A DNA stretch of 64,000 bases from Octopus sinensis (lineage: Eukaryota). The position numbers and the translations under genes were made by a program. The DNA lies in contig NC_043015.1 in NCBI RefSeq assembly GCF_006345805.1, positions 8,494,001 through 8,558,000 on the forward strand, in the 5' to 3' direction. Positions within the stretch are counted from its first letter, which is position 1; each line of letters opens with the position of its first letter. This document shows, one piece after another, positions 27,567 through 39,862 of the stretch. Under the pieces are notes generated by a model. The model did no database searches and had not been told where the DNA came from. It saw only the letters and a program-made list of their open reading frames with translations.

Positions 27567-28601
27567 CTAGAATGGAACATATATATAATTCAATCTATAC
27601 TCTTACAAACGCTACACCTTTAAAAGAAATGGACTTGTTTGATTGGCCCTTTAGAAAAAACGGTCAATCTTCGAGCGATAAACAAAAAGGTCAAAAATAT
27701 ATGTATATATATATAAAAAAACTTATAAAAATTATAAAAATTATAAAATCCGAGGAAAAAACCGAGGAAAAAACCTATTGCCGTTAATGAAGACAGTACA
27801 AATTAATGCATAGAAATTAAACCTGTTATAAATACTGCAATACATATTTATATTAAAATCCACATATATATATCAACATACACAAAAGGATGCGCGTAAA
27901 CGCCATACATATACAGACGTATGAATATGAATCTAAATTATACACATAAAAGCATGTGTACATATATTCACGCAAACCGTCTCGCACGCAAGCTAAAATT
28001 CATCTATGTAGCAATTCTCATATACTGAGCAAGGAGGGGGAACGAAAGAAAGGGAAAGAGAGAAAAAGGAACGAAAGAGGGGTGGGGGGGAAACTTGTAG
28101 CGTTCCTTTTTCTCTCTTTCCCTTTCTTTCGTTCCCCTCCTGCTCAGTATATGAGAATTGCTACATAGATGAATTTTAGCTTGCGTGCGAGACGGTTTGC
28201 GTGAATATATGTACACATGCTTATGTGTATAATTAGATTCATATTCATACGTCTGTATATGTATGTATGGCGTTTACGCGCATCCTTGTTGTATGTTGAT
28301 ATATATATGTGGATTTTAATATAAATATGTATTGCATATTTATAACAGGTTAATTTCTATGCATTAATTTGTACTGTCTTCATTAACGGCAATAGGTTTT
28401 TTCCTCGGTTTTTTCCTCGGATTTTATACTTTTTATAATTTTTATAAGTTTTTTATATATATATACATATATTTTTGACCTTTTTGTTTATCGCTCGAAG
28501 ATTGACCGTTTTTCTAAAGGCCAATCAAACAAGTCCATTTTCTTTTAAAGGTGTAGCGTTTGTAAGAGTATAGATTGAATTAATATATAGTTCCATTCTA
28601 G

Positions 28602-28651
28602 CAAAAACTGTCTGATGAACGGCAACGAGAAACTCAGAGTAACAGATTTTG
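28602..28651 (+). ncRNA. Minimal type-I hammerhead motif (right arm)
   Basis: CAAAAACUGU-CUGAUGA-A-CG(GCAA)CG-A-GAAA-CUCAGAG-UA-ACAGAUUUUG. Stem I pairs 9/10, stem II is 2 bp with a GNRA loop, stem III is ACUC/GAGU, cleavage triplet GUA. Confidence 0.75.
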
Positions 28652-28849
28652 TTGAATTTTCTGCTGCTTAAAATAAAGCATATTACTCTACACTGGTATT
28701 TGAGTACTCTTTTTTCCACCTTGTTTCACATTTAGTGTTTACCGGTATATATATATATATATATATATATAAATATAAATACATGCATACATAATACATA
28801 CATACATACATACATACATACATACATACATACATACATACACACATAC

Positions 28850-30132
28850 TTATAAAATGATCGGCAAAATCGCCTGGGAGTTTTGTAGGTTTAATAAAAG
28901 AAAAATGGAATAAAGACCGAAAAATGCATTTTTATTTCCAAAATGTACATATATTGCCATTAAATGATATCCGCCAAGTGGGCGCCATTACTGGACACAC
29001 ACTCTCGAATATGTTCACGGAATTTGTCCATAATTCAACGGGTCATTTCTTGTGGAATGACAGCAATTTCTTGGTGAATGACATATTTTAATTGTACAAT
29101 AGTTCAAGGGCAATGAGCGTATACCTTTCATTTCAGGTATCCCACAAGAAAAAAAATCGCACGGGTGCAAATTTTGTGAACGGACGGGAAAACTGATGTC
29201 ACCGCGGAATAAGATCAATTGGCCGGGGAACATCTCCCTCAATATCCCCATCACACGCCAAGAAGTGTGAGATGTTGCCCCATCCTATTGAAACCAAATA
29301 TAGTCCCTATGGTTAAGCTTCGGTTTCAGAGAGGACTCTGTTCACGGTCAATGTAGCATTTCTTCTTCGAAGAAGTACCGACCCCAAATGTCAGATTCTG
29401 TAACCGCACACCATACGTTCACCAGAGGACAATGAACTTACGAGGTGTGTTCCCGCCACAGTATTGGAAGTTTTGCCCTATCACACAGGTATTAATGAGC
29501 TTCGTGACTGAACAACTAAAAGGCTGCACGGGAGAAATTTCTAATTTCCAAGCACTAGGCTCTGCGAGTTTGAAAGTCGTTTTAACTGAGTTCTTGTGAC
29601 CAAAAATTGTTATATAGATGCAGTTGCAGTTCCTTTTGACAAATTCTCCGCAATCTTCTATTGGAAAGCCTAAGAGCAGCGGGCTGTTGCTGTGAGGAAT
29701 GTTGTGGTGAACGTTGAACTGAAGCTCTTACCGCTGCTACATTTTCCGAAGTTCTAGCCGTCCGAGGGCTGGAGGTTGATTTGCGTTTCAATGCTGATCC
29801 ACTAGCTCTGAAGATTTAAAACCATAACGAAATCGTGTTTCGAGTAGGTACGGACTCGTGCATACCAAGCGTGAGGTTCACACTGGGCGTTCTTCGTTGC
29901 AGTTACAGATTAGTTGTTCTTAATAAACATTTCCACGATGATTGCACGACGTTCATCCTTCCAATTAATACGGCAACTGAAAGCGAAAGGAAGCAAAATG
30001 TCACAAACCCCACTAATTGAAACAAAATGGCATTACATGTCCATTTCCAAAATAATAATAAATTCTTCGTTCTTTACTATATTTCACTTTTATTAAACCT
30101 AGAAACGTGTCAAATCATTTTACTGCACCCAG
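28850..30132 (-). mobile_element. Decayed Tc1/mariner-superfamily element (DUF4817-like N-terminus)
   Basis: PRTARTSENVAAVRASVQRSP...; REMFPGQLI..RGDISFPVRSQNLHPCDFF (WPARSPDLTPCDFF motif). Right TIR cagtaaaatgatttgacacg followed by TA. Confidence 0.85.
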
Positions 30133-30164
<32 letters not shown>

Positions 30165-30258
30165 GTGAAAATAAGGGTAAATAAATTGGATATTAAGTAA
30201 TAACATCAATTTAAACACCAAGTGGCCAAGCGTATAAAAGACTGGGATTCAGTAAATA

Positions 30259-30628
30259 TCTCTCTCTATATAAACGGCAGTTTGTCTGTGCGTGTTTCTG
30301 TGTGTCTGTTTGCTTGTACCCTCACCGTGACCACGGCTTTCAACCGATTCTGATGAAACTTGACACACACATAGCCCAATGTCATAATTCAAAACTAACG
30401 CAGTGAAAATTTTGAAAAGTTCCCCCAGTTCTGAAAAAAATCGATAAATTCGACATGGGGTCGAGAATCAGAAACACAAACCGCAAACTGTCTAGGGGAC
30501 GCAACTCCACCTTTTTAACTAAAAAAAAATTACCATCATTTTTTTGATATTGTTTGGCTCTAACTCTCTAAAAATGCTTTATAGTTATTTCCCTTACAAA
30601 CCTGAGCAACGCCGGGCGATACTGCTAG
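30259..30628 (+). mobile_element. Non-autonomous Helitron
   Basis: Inserted at A|T. Starts TCTCTCTCTATATAAA and ends with a subterminal hairpin (cctgagcaacgccggg) plus CTAG. Confidence 0.8.
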
Positions 30629-30640
30629 TTATTAATACAA

Positions 30641-30918
30641 AACAATACGAGAGAATCCACTATGTGGACGCTCTAACGCTAGAATCCACCGCAATGGGAA
30701 TCCACCACCAGGGAATTGTTCTCAAGAATTAATTTAACACACCAAGAAACAATTGTATAGAGTTAATCTATTTTTTCGTTATTTTTCATTTGTCCTGCTT
30801 GCTTACGTTCTTGGTGTGTTAAATTAATTCTTGAGAACAATTCCTTGGTGGTGGAATCCCCTTGCAGATTTATATCTAGCATTAGAGCGTCCACATAGTG
30901 GAGTCTCTTTTATTGTTA
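30641..30918. repeat. Small fold-back, ~110-bp imperfect arms and ~55-bp spacer
   Basis: agagaatccactatgtggacgctcta...ttctcaagaattaatttaacacaccaagaa is inverted at 30806-30918. Confidence 0.85.
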
Positions 30919-30923
30919 TATAT

Positions 30924-30984
<61 letters not shown>

Positions 30985-31262
30985 GCATGTATGTATGCAT
31001 ATATAATCATCATCATCATCATTATTATTACTATTAAAATCCAGGCTGCAATGTACAACTGTTTGTCAGAAAAGAAAGATATAACTCTTCAAAGCCACGC
31101 ATCTCTCACTATATACAAATATGCTCGGACGATATAGCAAATATACTAAAAAAAAACAGTCATCCCCATTTGTAAAGCAAAAATAGAAGAGTAGATATCC
31201 CAGTATCAATTGCTTTCATTTTCTGCACTGAATTGTTCTTAAATATCATCAGTTTGTCTTAC

Positions 31263-31990
31263 TACGTAAACTATTTTTAAAATGTATTCCCCATTCCGTT
31301 CGCGTCTGTTCAGCTGAAGGCACCACGATTTGCAAACGAATAATGGCGTGCAAGTATAAATTCAAAATTAAAATAAGTTATCATTATCGTTAAGAAAATA
31401 GCGATAAAGCGGCCAGCAAACATAACGAAAGTAGACAAAATATATATTAAAAGTCAGGGTACCATATGCACCTGCTTCCTAGGAAGAAAATTTACAACTC
31501 TGCAAAGTCACGCATCTCTCATTATATGTAAACACGCATGGAGAATGTAAGAAATATATTAATGGTAAATATATTTTTAAAATATCAGTGAACCTACCTG
31601 ATGATCTGTACGTGCCATTTGGCAAGGAAACTGAAATAAATTGATACTGCGATATCTACTCTTCTCTGAGGTTTTACAAATAAGGAGGGCTGTCTTTTGG
31701 TGTATTTATTACATTCTCCTGTTTACATAGAGTGAGAAAGGCGTGGCTGTAGAAACTTTTAACTCCACTTTCTACCAAATATATGCATATCGTACGCTGA
31801 TTTTTAATGATGTATATTTTGCCTACTTCGGTTATGTCTGGTGGCCACTTAATATTTTTTTAATATAATGTTTAACTTATTCGAAATTTCAATACATACT
31901 AGCTCACTATTGTTCGTTTGGAAGTTGCAGGGACTTCAGCTGACCAGACGCGGACGGAATGGGAAATAAATTACAAAAATAGTTTACGTA
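31263..31990. mobile_element. Old MITE-like fold-back with ~220-bp diverged arms
   Basis: Begins tacgtaaactattttt and ends aaaatagtttacgta. 31263-31480 matches the reverse complement of 31775-31990 (roughly 70-80% by eye). Confidence 0.6.
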
Positions 31991-32893
31991 TTGGGCCTGT
32001 TTTGGTTATGTTTGCTGGCAACTTTATCATTTTAATTTTAAAATAATGATACTTTATTTCAATTTTGAGTATATATACGCATATACATATATAGGGTAGT
32101 TATATTTTTTTAATTCACTTCCAGTGGCCTAGCATGTATAACATGTCAATAGACAACATATTCTCAATATAAAATAGTGTACATATAAACACAAGAGAAA
32201 ACTGCCTTCAACAGGCAGTTTTAAGCTTGAGAAGATGTAGTCAAAACGAACAAAACCACATTTAAGAGCAATCTTCAACAGGAATGGAAAATCTTAAACT
32301 TTTTACCTTGGTATTTTATTCAGGTGAGACCTAGGTTTCTAAAATTCTTTAGCAAGTAAAGGTTATTAAACGGCTTCTTCACCGTTCAATGACCGGTATA
32401 AGTAAAAGAAAACAGACAAGTATATATATATATATATTTAAATTAAGCTGGCTTCTCAGTCGGTCAAATAACTTTATAAGACTCCCATATTATCACATTA
32501 TTGAACGTAATTGCATACTTAAGGCGGCTGAACATCTGTATATATAAAATGCAGAATGTGTATGCGTGTGTGTGGCCTATATAGATCTATCTATATATAT
32601 ATATATATATACAAACAAATTTCAACGCATTTCGCCTAAATTTGAGGTCTATATTACTTAGTTTGGTTTGAAATAAAGAACTTGATTAGCTTAATAATCT
32701 TAACTTAATCCTGGTCAAAGCCAGATTATACTGTTAGTTCATCAATAAGACCCCAAAGCATAAATATATATATTATATATAAATATGACCGCGTGTGTAC
32801 CGGTGGTGATTTTCACCCGTCTTCCCTTCCTTGGATCTTTCTTTTCCTATGTTCTGACGAAGCGCTCCACTCGAAAAGTTAAATATATATATA

Positions 32894-32948
<55 letters not shown>

Positions 32949-33249
32949 CTATATATATATTATATATATATATATATATAATATATATATATATATATAA
33001 TATACATAGACACATACAGAAGGTGACAAAACCTGCAAAAGCAGCACAGATGGACTCCTAAGAGAGACAATGAAGTTATAAAAGTTATACATACAGTTTA
33101 TGTGCTTTCGCTTTCGAATGATATAAGCGTTGTATATCTTTCTACTATTTGAATAGATTTTAATGCGTAATTATTTCAAGTGCCTAAAAACTGCCTGCAA
33201 AATAAGATTAAGCCCGTACCAACATTATTTTGTTTAAATTGAATATTTA

Positions 33250-34330
33250 CGGCACAAATGTTCAACAAACATAAACTTATTATTCATATCTAGTTTCTTA
33301 ACCATTATTTTCAGTTACAGCCTTACAATGGCGGGATATGTTGTTCGACAAATGAGCACAAAACTCACTTGGAATGTTCTGACATATTTGTTCAACAAAA
33401 TCATATCATTGGAAAAATCTGTTGGCTTTTTACCATGAACTCTATTAGAAACATAATTCCATAAATTTTCTATTGCAATAAAATGAGCGCTCTGTGTAGC
33501 CCTCCCAATAACCACCATATTATTGCGCTCAAAAGGTTGCAAACTTACCCTAGCTTAAAGCACACAGCTACTGTCCTGATGGAAAATTTATCTCGGTGGC
33601 ATCTGATTATTTAAATATGGCAGCATATTTTCATTGACTAATAGCAAATAGCCTACATTGTTTAGTTGACCATCGACACTAACAATAGCACCAAAACATA
33701 AGCTGCTGAACGCAAACCACACCATTAGCTCCCCCATCTTCCGTTTTCGTCGTTTTCTTGACTCACACAGGATGGAATTATCCAGTTGGCCGGCGTCTAA
33801 AATATAACTTTCCGTATGATCCAAAATGCAGAAGCGGGACTCGTCGCTCCAAATAAATGTTGACCGTCCATTCAATATGTCTTTTAGCAAACTTGATCTG
33901 CTTTCGCCAGTTCCTCTCAGAAATATCTGCTGCTTTCGAGCTATCCAGCTGAACAGTCCAAATTTTGTTAGATATTTTCTAGTAGTTTGCTGTGATAATT
34001 CGTTGCGAATTAGAGAATTGCTTGCAAATATCCATTGCTGGTAACTTGAGAGGGCCTATGAATGCGCCGATCCATCTGTACTGTTGTTTTTCTCGGAGTT
34101 TCCGTTCTTTGCCGATCTCTGCATTGGCCAGAGGGTTGGTAAATTTTACATGATTGGACACATGCTGCAATCCAATTGCTTGCTTATTTTCCTGAAGGAG
34201 AGACTTTGCTGATGAAGCAACACGATCTTTCATATAGTAACTATAATGATACCTCGACGCTTTCCCATTGAGAATCAATGTGGAACATTAATTAAGCAAA
34301 ACAGTGCAGTACAACCGGCTACATGACTAC
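33250..34330 (-). mobile_element. Decayed Tc1 transposon
   Basis: FIWSDESRF, LMVWFAFS, IFHQD and IENLW motifs in ORFs 33588-33890 and 33315-33542. HTH-like ORF at 33979-34278. Confidence 0.85.
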
Positions 34331-34761
34331 CCATTTGGTTTATTAAGTTGCATAATCTTTGTACAGTCTTAAACTTATTTTGCCGACAATGTCTAATCAT
34401 TTGAATTAATTGCTCATTAAAATTATTCGAATTGTAGAAAGATATATAACGCTTAAACCATTCGAAATATAAAAAGATTCTACATAAAATGTAAAAAGTA
34501 AAATAATAGAGTATTATTAAATATATATTAATTAAGGAATAGAACTATCAGCATTGGACTTAAGCTTATTTAGGCCACTGTATATACAATCCCACAGCAT
34601 TACCATACATGTACGCCTTTTAACCGAGCATCAAACTAATATAATTGTTGTGCAGGTCTTCATTTCGATTTTTCTTTTTATTTCTCTATTCGTACTTTAT
34701 TCGCTTTTGAATTGTTTGTTCATTGAATTGACTATATACATACATATATATTTCTTTATTG

Positions 34762-34982
34762 CCCACAAGGGGCTAAATATAGAGAGGACAAACAAGGACA
34801 GACAAAGGGATTAAGTCGATTACATCGACCCCAGTGCGAAACTGGTACTTTTATTTATCGACCCCGAAAGAATGAAAGGCAAAGTCGACCTCCGCGGAAT
34901 TTGAACTCAGAACGTAACGACAGACGAAATACCGCTAAGCATTCCGCCCGGCGCGCTAACGTGTCTGCCAGCTCACCGCCTT
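34762..34982 (-). mobile_element. tRNA-derived SINE, near full length
   Basis: Reverse complement of the 15505/49612 family. Confidence 0.85.
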
Positions 34983-35414
34983 ATATACATACATATAAGT
35001 ATGTATATATGTATGTGTATGTATATATATATATATATATGCATACATACATAAGTATACATATATATATACACACATACGCATACATATATATATATAT
35101 ATATATGTATGTATACACGCACATATATAAATGATTCAGAACATCTACCAGATGCTATATATTTAAGCCACTTCTGTGTTTTCGCTTGATAATCATATAT
35201 AGTACATGAGATTTCAATTTTGATTCATTTTATGAGTGATTTTTGTTGGAACACGAGTAACCTGATTTATGACGATAGGCAAATTAGTAATGCAAAAACA
35301 ATTGTTAGGTTTTCTTCCATTTGATTCTTGTATTTAACTTAAAAATATAAAGTATATTTAAAGAAATATTTGGTAGCGGTATACTAATATACTTTGACTC
35401 TTTTATATACAAAT

Positions 35415-35630
35415 TTAAGGTGGTGAACTAGCAGAATCTGTAGCACGCCGGGCAAAATACTTAGCGGCACATCCTCTGTATTTACGCTATGATTTCAATT
35501 TCTGTTGCGGTCGACTAAGCATTTATATCTATTCGCGGTCGATAGAATAAGTACCTGTTAAGCATCGGGTCGATGTAATCGATTTATCCTATCTCCGAAG
35601 TCGCTGTTGTTATGCCAAAACTTGAAACCA
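35415..35630 (+). mobile_element. Degenerate SINE
   Basis: Diverged match to the 49612 family. Confidence 0.7.
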
Positions 35631-36509
35631 TTACATACAATGTTGAATTTGTGTAAAGTATCTTTTGAACTGTGGTTATAGACTTATGATTGTGAATGAA
35701 TATCATGTTAACAAGGATGTGTAGTTTTGGACATTATAGACTTCAGTATTTCTACGTTTACAACAACAGCTGATGTGGTTGGTGATGTGAATTGTAATTT
35801 TATGGACCCACGTTTATGTTAGAGCGAAATGCCAATTTAGATATAGCATGGAGCTAATTATTGCCAACGAGAGAATATTTGAATGTTCAATGTTCATGTT
35901 GCAGCAGATAATTATAGTTGGTGGTACATTTGTAGATATATTGGAAGCTGTTATTATCAGTGTCATGGCAATGATTTTCAGACCATTGTATTTCGGACTA
36001 TCCTCTTGGTATTCTCATTCAAACGCATCGTCTCTGTTCACTTCTGAAAATTCAAAGATTTCAAACATCAAAAAGGAGCCTATATTTAGACTAAATAACA
36101 TAACTGAAAGGGTTGTAGCTTTTCAGATATTTCGGATTTAATAACATTGTCAGAAGTAGGAGACATTCTTATTATGATTCGCTATATATTACTCTGAAAC
36201 ATTGCCTTTGTTCTCCTTACTAGCGGGAAATGGAAAGTCTGCAGGTGTCATAATGGTAATTTAATTTAATTTGATTTTTTGGTATCTATAGAATATAATT
36301 AAATGGAGTTGACATTGAAAGTCGCATTAGTTGGTATAGTGAGTAAATTGAAAGGGAAGAAAGAATGTCTTTATATAAATCGACGCAAAATCTGTAGTTA
36401 ATTTCCCATTTAATTAGTGAATATTAATGATAGCAGAAATTCTAATCGTTTACACATATAACATCTACAATGAACATATGGACATAAGAAGAAAATATAT
36501 TTGTTTCAA

Positions 36510-36720
36510 TTTTGAGCAAACGCTTAGCAATTTTGCGGGACCAGGGTAATTCAATTACATCGACTCCAGTGCTCGACTGGCACTTATTTAATCGACCCCA
36601 GAAGGTGAAATGCAAATTATACCTCAGCTGAATTTGAACTCAAATATTAAAGACAGACGAAACGTTGCTAAATATTTTTCCCGGCGTAATAACGACGCAG
36701 CCAGCTCGCAGCCTTAAGAA
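36510..36720 (-). mobile_element. Degenerate SINE
   Basis: Diverged reverse-complement match to the 49612 family. Confidence 0.75.
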
Positions 36721-37779
36721 GGAAAACTATTTACCAATAATTAACATCATCTTTTTTCATTTCTTCATATTCTTCTTTGTCTTTGCAAATTTTTGCAAAG
36801 TATTGATGCCATTTATTCAATTATACTAGCCACAATAAATATTACAGCCATTTACTTCTTCTAACCGATACAAACTAATACATAATTGCATAACCATACA
36901 ATTTTGAGCTCGACCGCATTGTGTTAAAAGGGCGAACATGTTTCATCTGATTCTCTGTAGTAGCTAAGAATTTCTAGTGAAAGTATTTTGCATGATATGA
37001 ATAAAAACACGTTCGAATAAACATTTTACACAATCTCTGATACTCTATACTGACAACGATTCTATTATCGATAATAGTTATTTTGACTGAATAATTAGAA
37101 TAATCATCATCATCGAACGAAGAAAAATGATAACTGTGCATGTGTGTTTGAACGATCAAGCTTAAGTACACCATGGTATATTACAATTCAATGAACATAT
37201 CACTATTACAGAGAGATACACTTCTATGTTGCAATTAATGATTATTATATCGATTGAAAGAATATGTAGGTGTGACATTTTGCTTGGTTTGGAAATACAA
37301 TACAAGGCATTAAATTTTATGTTAGGTGTAATAAAGACTTTCTTGATTAATCGAGTAGGATGTTCAGTCTGTAGAGTGGGAGCTACAATATTAACGTCTT
37401 AATATGACTTCCGGTACGCGTAAAAGTTAAGAGAGTAATTGTCCTCGATTCACGAACTACTCTTCTAGAAAATTGTCCAATAACTTATTTTGTCATTCTC
37501 AAATACGTCTGCACATTGAAATGCTTAGATTAAAATCGACTCTTCTAAAGAGGACCAAGTCCTGTCATATTTTTAAATGGTGTGGCAAATTACCTTTAAA
37601 TCAAGATCGTAGCAAACGAGAAAATTAGTGATTTTGGTGAGTTTCTGTATAATGTTGCTCATGTCTGTTATCATATTGTTGTTATATGACCGATGAAATA
37701 TTGGTGTTCAATAGATGAAGACAGTATTCTTCTATCCTTTATTATTTTATTCTTTTATTCATTCCACTCCTTAAACTGC

Positions 37780-38115
37780 TTCCATACTGGGGCACTGTCT
37801 AGAATAATTTTAGTCGAACGAATCGACCCAAGTATATGTTATATATATTCATTCGTTTGAATGTAGTTACTTATTCTATTTATTCTAACTTGCAGAGCCG
37901 CTACGTTACAGAAAGATAAAGACCAGTTGTCAAGCGGTGATGGGGTATAAACACAAACACACAGAGATACACACAACGGGGCTCTTTCAGTTTCCATCTA
38001 CCACATTCGCTCACACATCTATGTATAGCACAAGCTTACAGTTGAAGATACGTGTCCAAAGTCGCACGCATATGTGGCTGAGAAGCAAATTTTTGCTACT
38101 CAGTTGCATATGAAC
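37780..38115 (-). mobile_element. Degenerate SINE of a third family (other pieces at ~9190-9250, 55540-56090, 61615-61710, 63820-64000)
   Basis: Shared segments such as ttttagtcgaa...cgaccc and ggttgtcaagcggtg, and a head related to 61615-61710. Confidence 0.6.
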
Positions 38116-39661
38116 CTACAGCAAAACGTGTAGCGGATGCTGCCAGTGATTTCCAAGTTTGCAAGAGACTACATTACGATTCAGTTTTAAACAAAGTAAT
38201 CAAACGATTAAACCCACTTTCGTCTACGGATTTCTATTAGAGTTTTTTTGCCAAACACGTCCCTTATGTATTAAATATATTGTTGCACATTGTAGAAATT
38301 CAATCTTTGGAATACAGGTTGGCAAACAATCATTATGTGAAACGATTCAACAGATCACTTTGTCCTTGGTTTTACTTGCACTATATCATTAGAGTTAAAT
38401 TTTATCGAGTTAGCTGAAAAAATTTGTATCCAGGCTTCTGTTGAAAAGAATAAAAAATATTTCTTTTTATAATTTATTTACTGCCAATTATAAGGGATTA
38501 AGACTTTTCAGAAAATTCACAAGAGATTTAAACGCATTCCTTTCATATTCCTTTTATATTTTTAACTGAGTGACAATGATTCTAGATTTTAATATAATAC
38601 CGTTGCGTACAAAATAACCAAATCGAAGTAAAATTCAGTTGAAAACATACAAATATATTTCTGCATAGTTATTTCATATATTTATTGCTGTTTTTATTTC
38701 GTTTCTAGCAACAAATATTTTATTCATAATCGATTTACTTTAATCTTGTTTCTTTGTCGTGTATTCCTTTCTTAGGTTTGCCGTTCTCCATATTAACATT
38801 GACATTCCAAAAGTATTGAGCTTGAATTAGCTGTTGTTTCTTTTATTTTTCTCAATAACGTCATACTTTGGCTTTCATATTTCATATCATTTGTCAATCA
38901 TCTTCATGTATATCTATGTATTCACATTAACACCGACAAGAAATACAAATCCTTTCATTTGACAGGAACGCCAAAATGACAAGCAAAAACGGTATCAACA
39001 ACGAAAAAATAGAAATATCAAACAAAGATTACTGGAAACTGGACGTAAATTATAGCATATGAGAGAAAATTCTCCGAAAGATAAGTGCCCTTTTTCCCTT
39101 TCTATTTGCTGTAAGAAACATCACTTTTATGACTGCCAGCTTCTGTTGGAAATGAGATGAGAGTGCCAGATATCCGTTTTCTGTGATTGTTTCCTGTCAA
39201 CCAGAGGCATGATTACTTGTGCAATGCGTCAATTGGATGTATTCTTGCCAATAAAATTTTTGTCTTCACTTGATCATCGCTGTAGGTTTTCGTCTAGAAT
39301 ACCTCACCAAATGAAACAACATGATTCTTTTTTTTGATATATATATTTTATTGAGCTCGAAGATATTTATGTATACACAGATCAGAGGAATTGAACTTTT
39401 CCTTTGTTGACGTGTATATCCTTTATCGAAGCAAGAACGGATATCCTTGTATTCAGTGCTAACAATATGCTGTAATCATAATGACGTTCATCCATTTGGC
39501 CACATTCACTGCGTTGGTTATTGCTTGCAACTTGAATATATGAGCATTAGATACGTTATTAAAATTACAGAGTGTTGTTTTGCTACGGAGTTTCAAACTA
39601 CACATGTATATTAAATACTACAACTAACCATTTTAGAGAAAACTTTTAATATATATTTCAT

Positions 39662-39862
39662 TACTGCCCACAAGAGGGGACAAACGGGGGAAAACAAAAG
39701 GATTAAGTCGATAACAAAGACTCCAGTGCCTCACTGGTACTTAATTTATCGACCCCGAAAGGATGAAAGGCAAAGTCGACCTCGGCGAAATTTGAACTCA
39801 GGACGTAACAACAGACGAAATACGTCCACGCATTTCGCCGGCGTGCTAACGTTTCTGCCATC
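39662..39862 (-). mobile_element. tRNA-derived SINE
   Basis: Reverse complement of the 49612 family. Confidence 0.85.

Larger units (their letters stand above)
27490..28745. mobile_element. Fold-back element 2: ~580-bp inverted arms, 27-nt spacer, PLE-like 3' ends facing outward
   Basis: 27490-28073 is the reverse complement of 28101-28678 with a few indels and substitutions. A 67-bp extension (28679-28745) lies on the right arm only. (TA)n flanks both ends. No ORF of note. Confidence 0.9.

Noticed and set aside
28074-28100. Palindrome centres as leftover sequencing hairpin adapters
   Set aside because: Neither centre matches the SMRTbell adapter sequence as I recall it. The one-sided extensions and HHR content argue for biology, though read-level checks are still needed.
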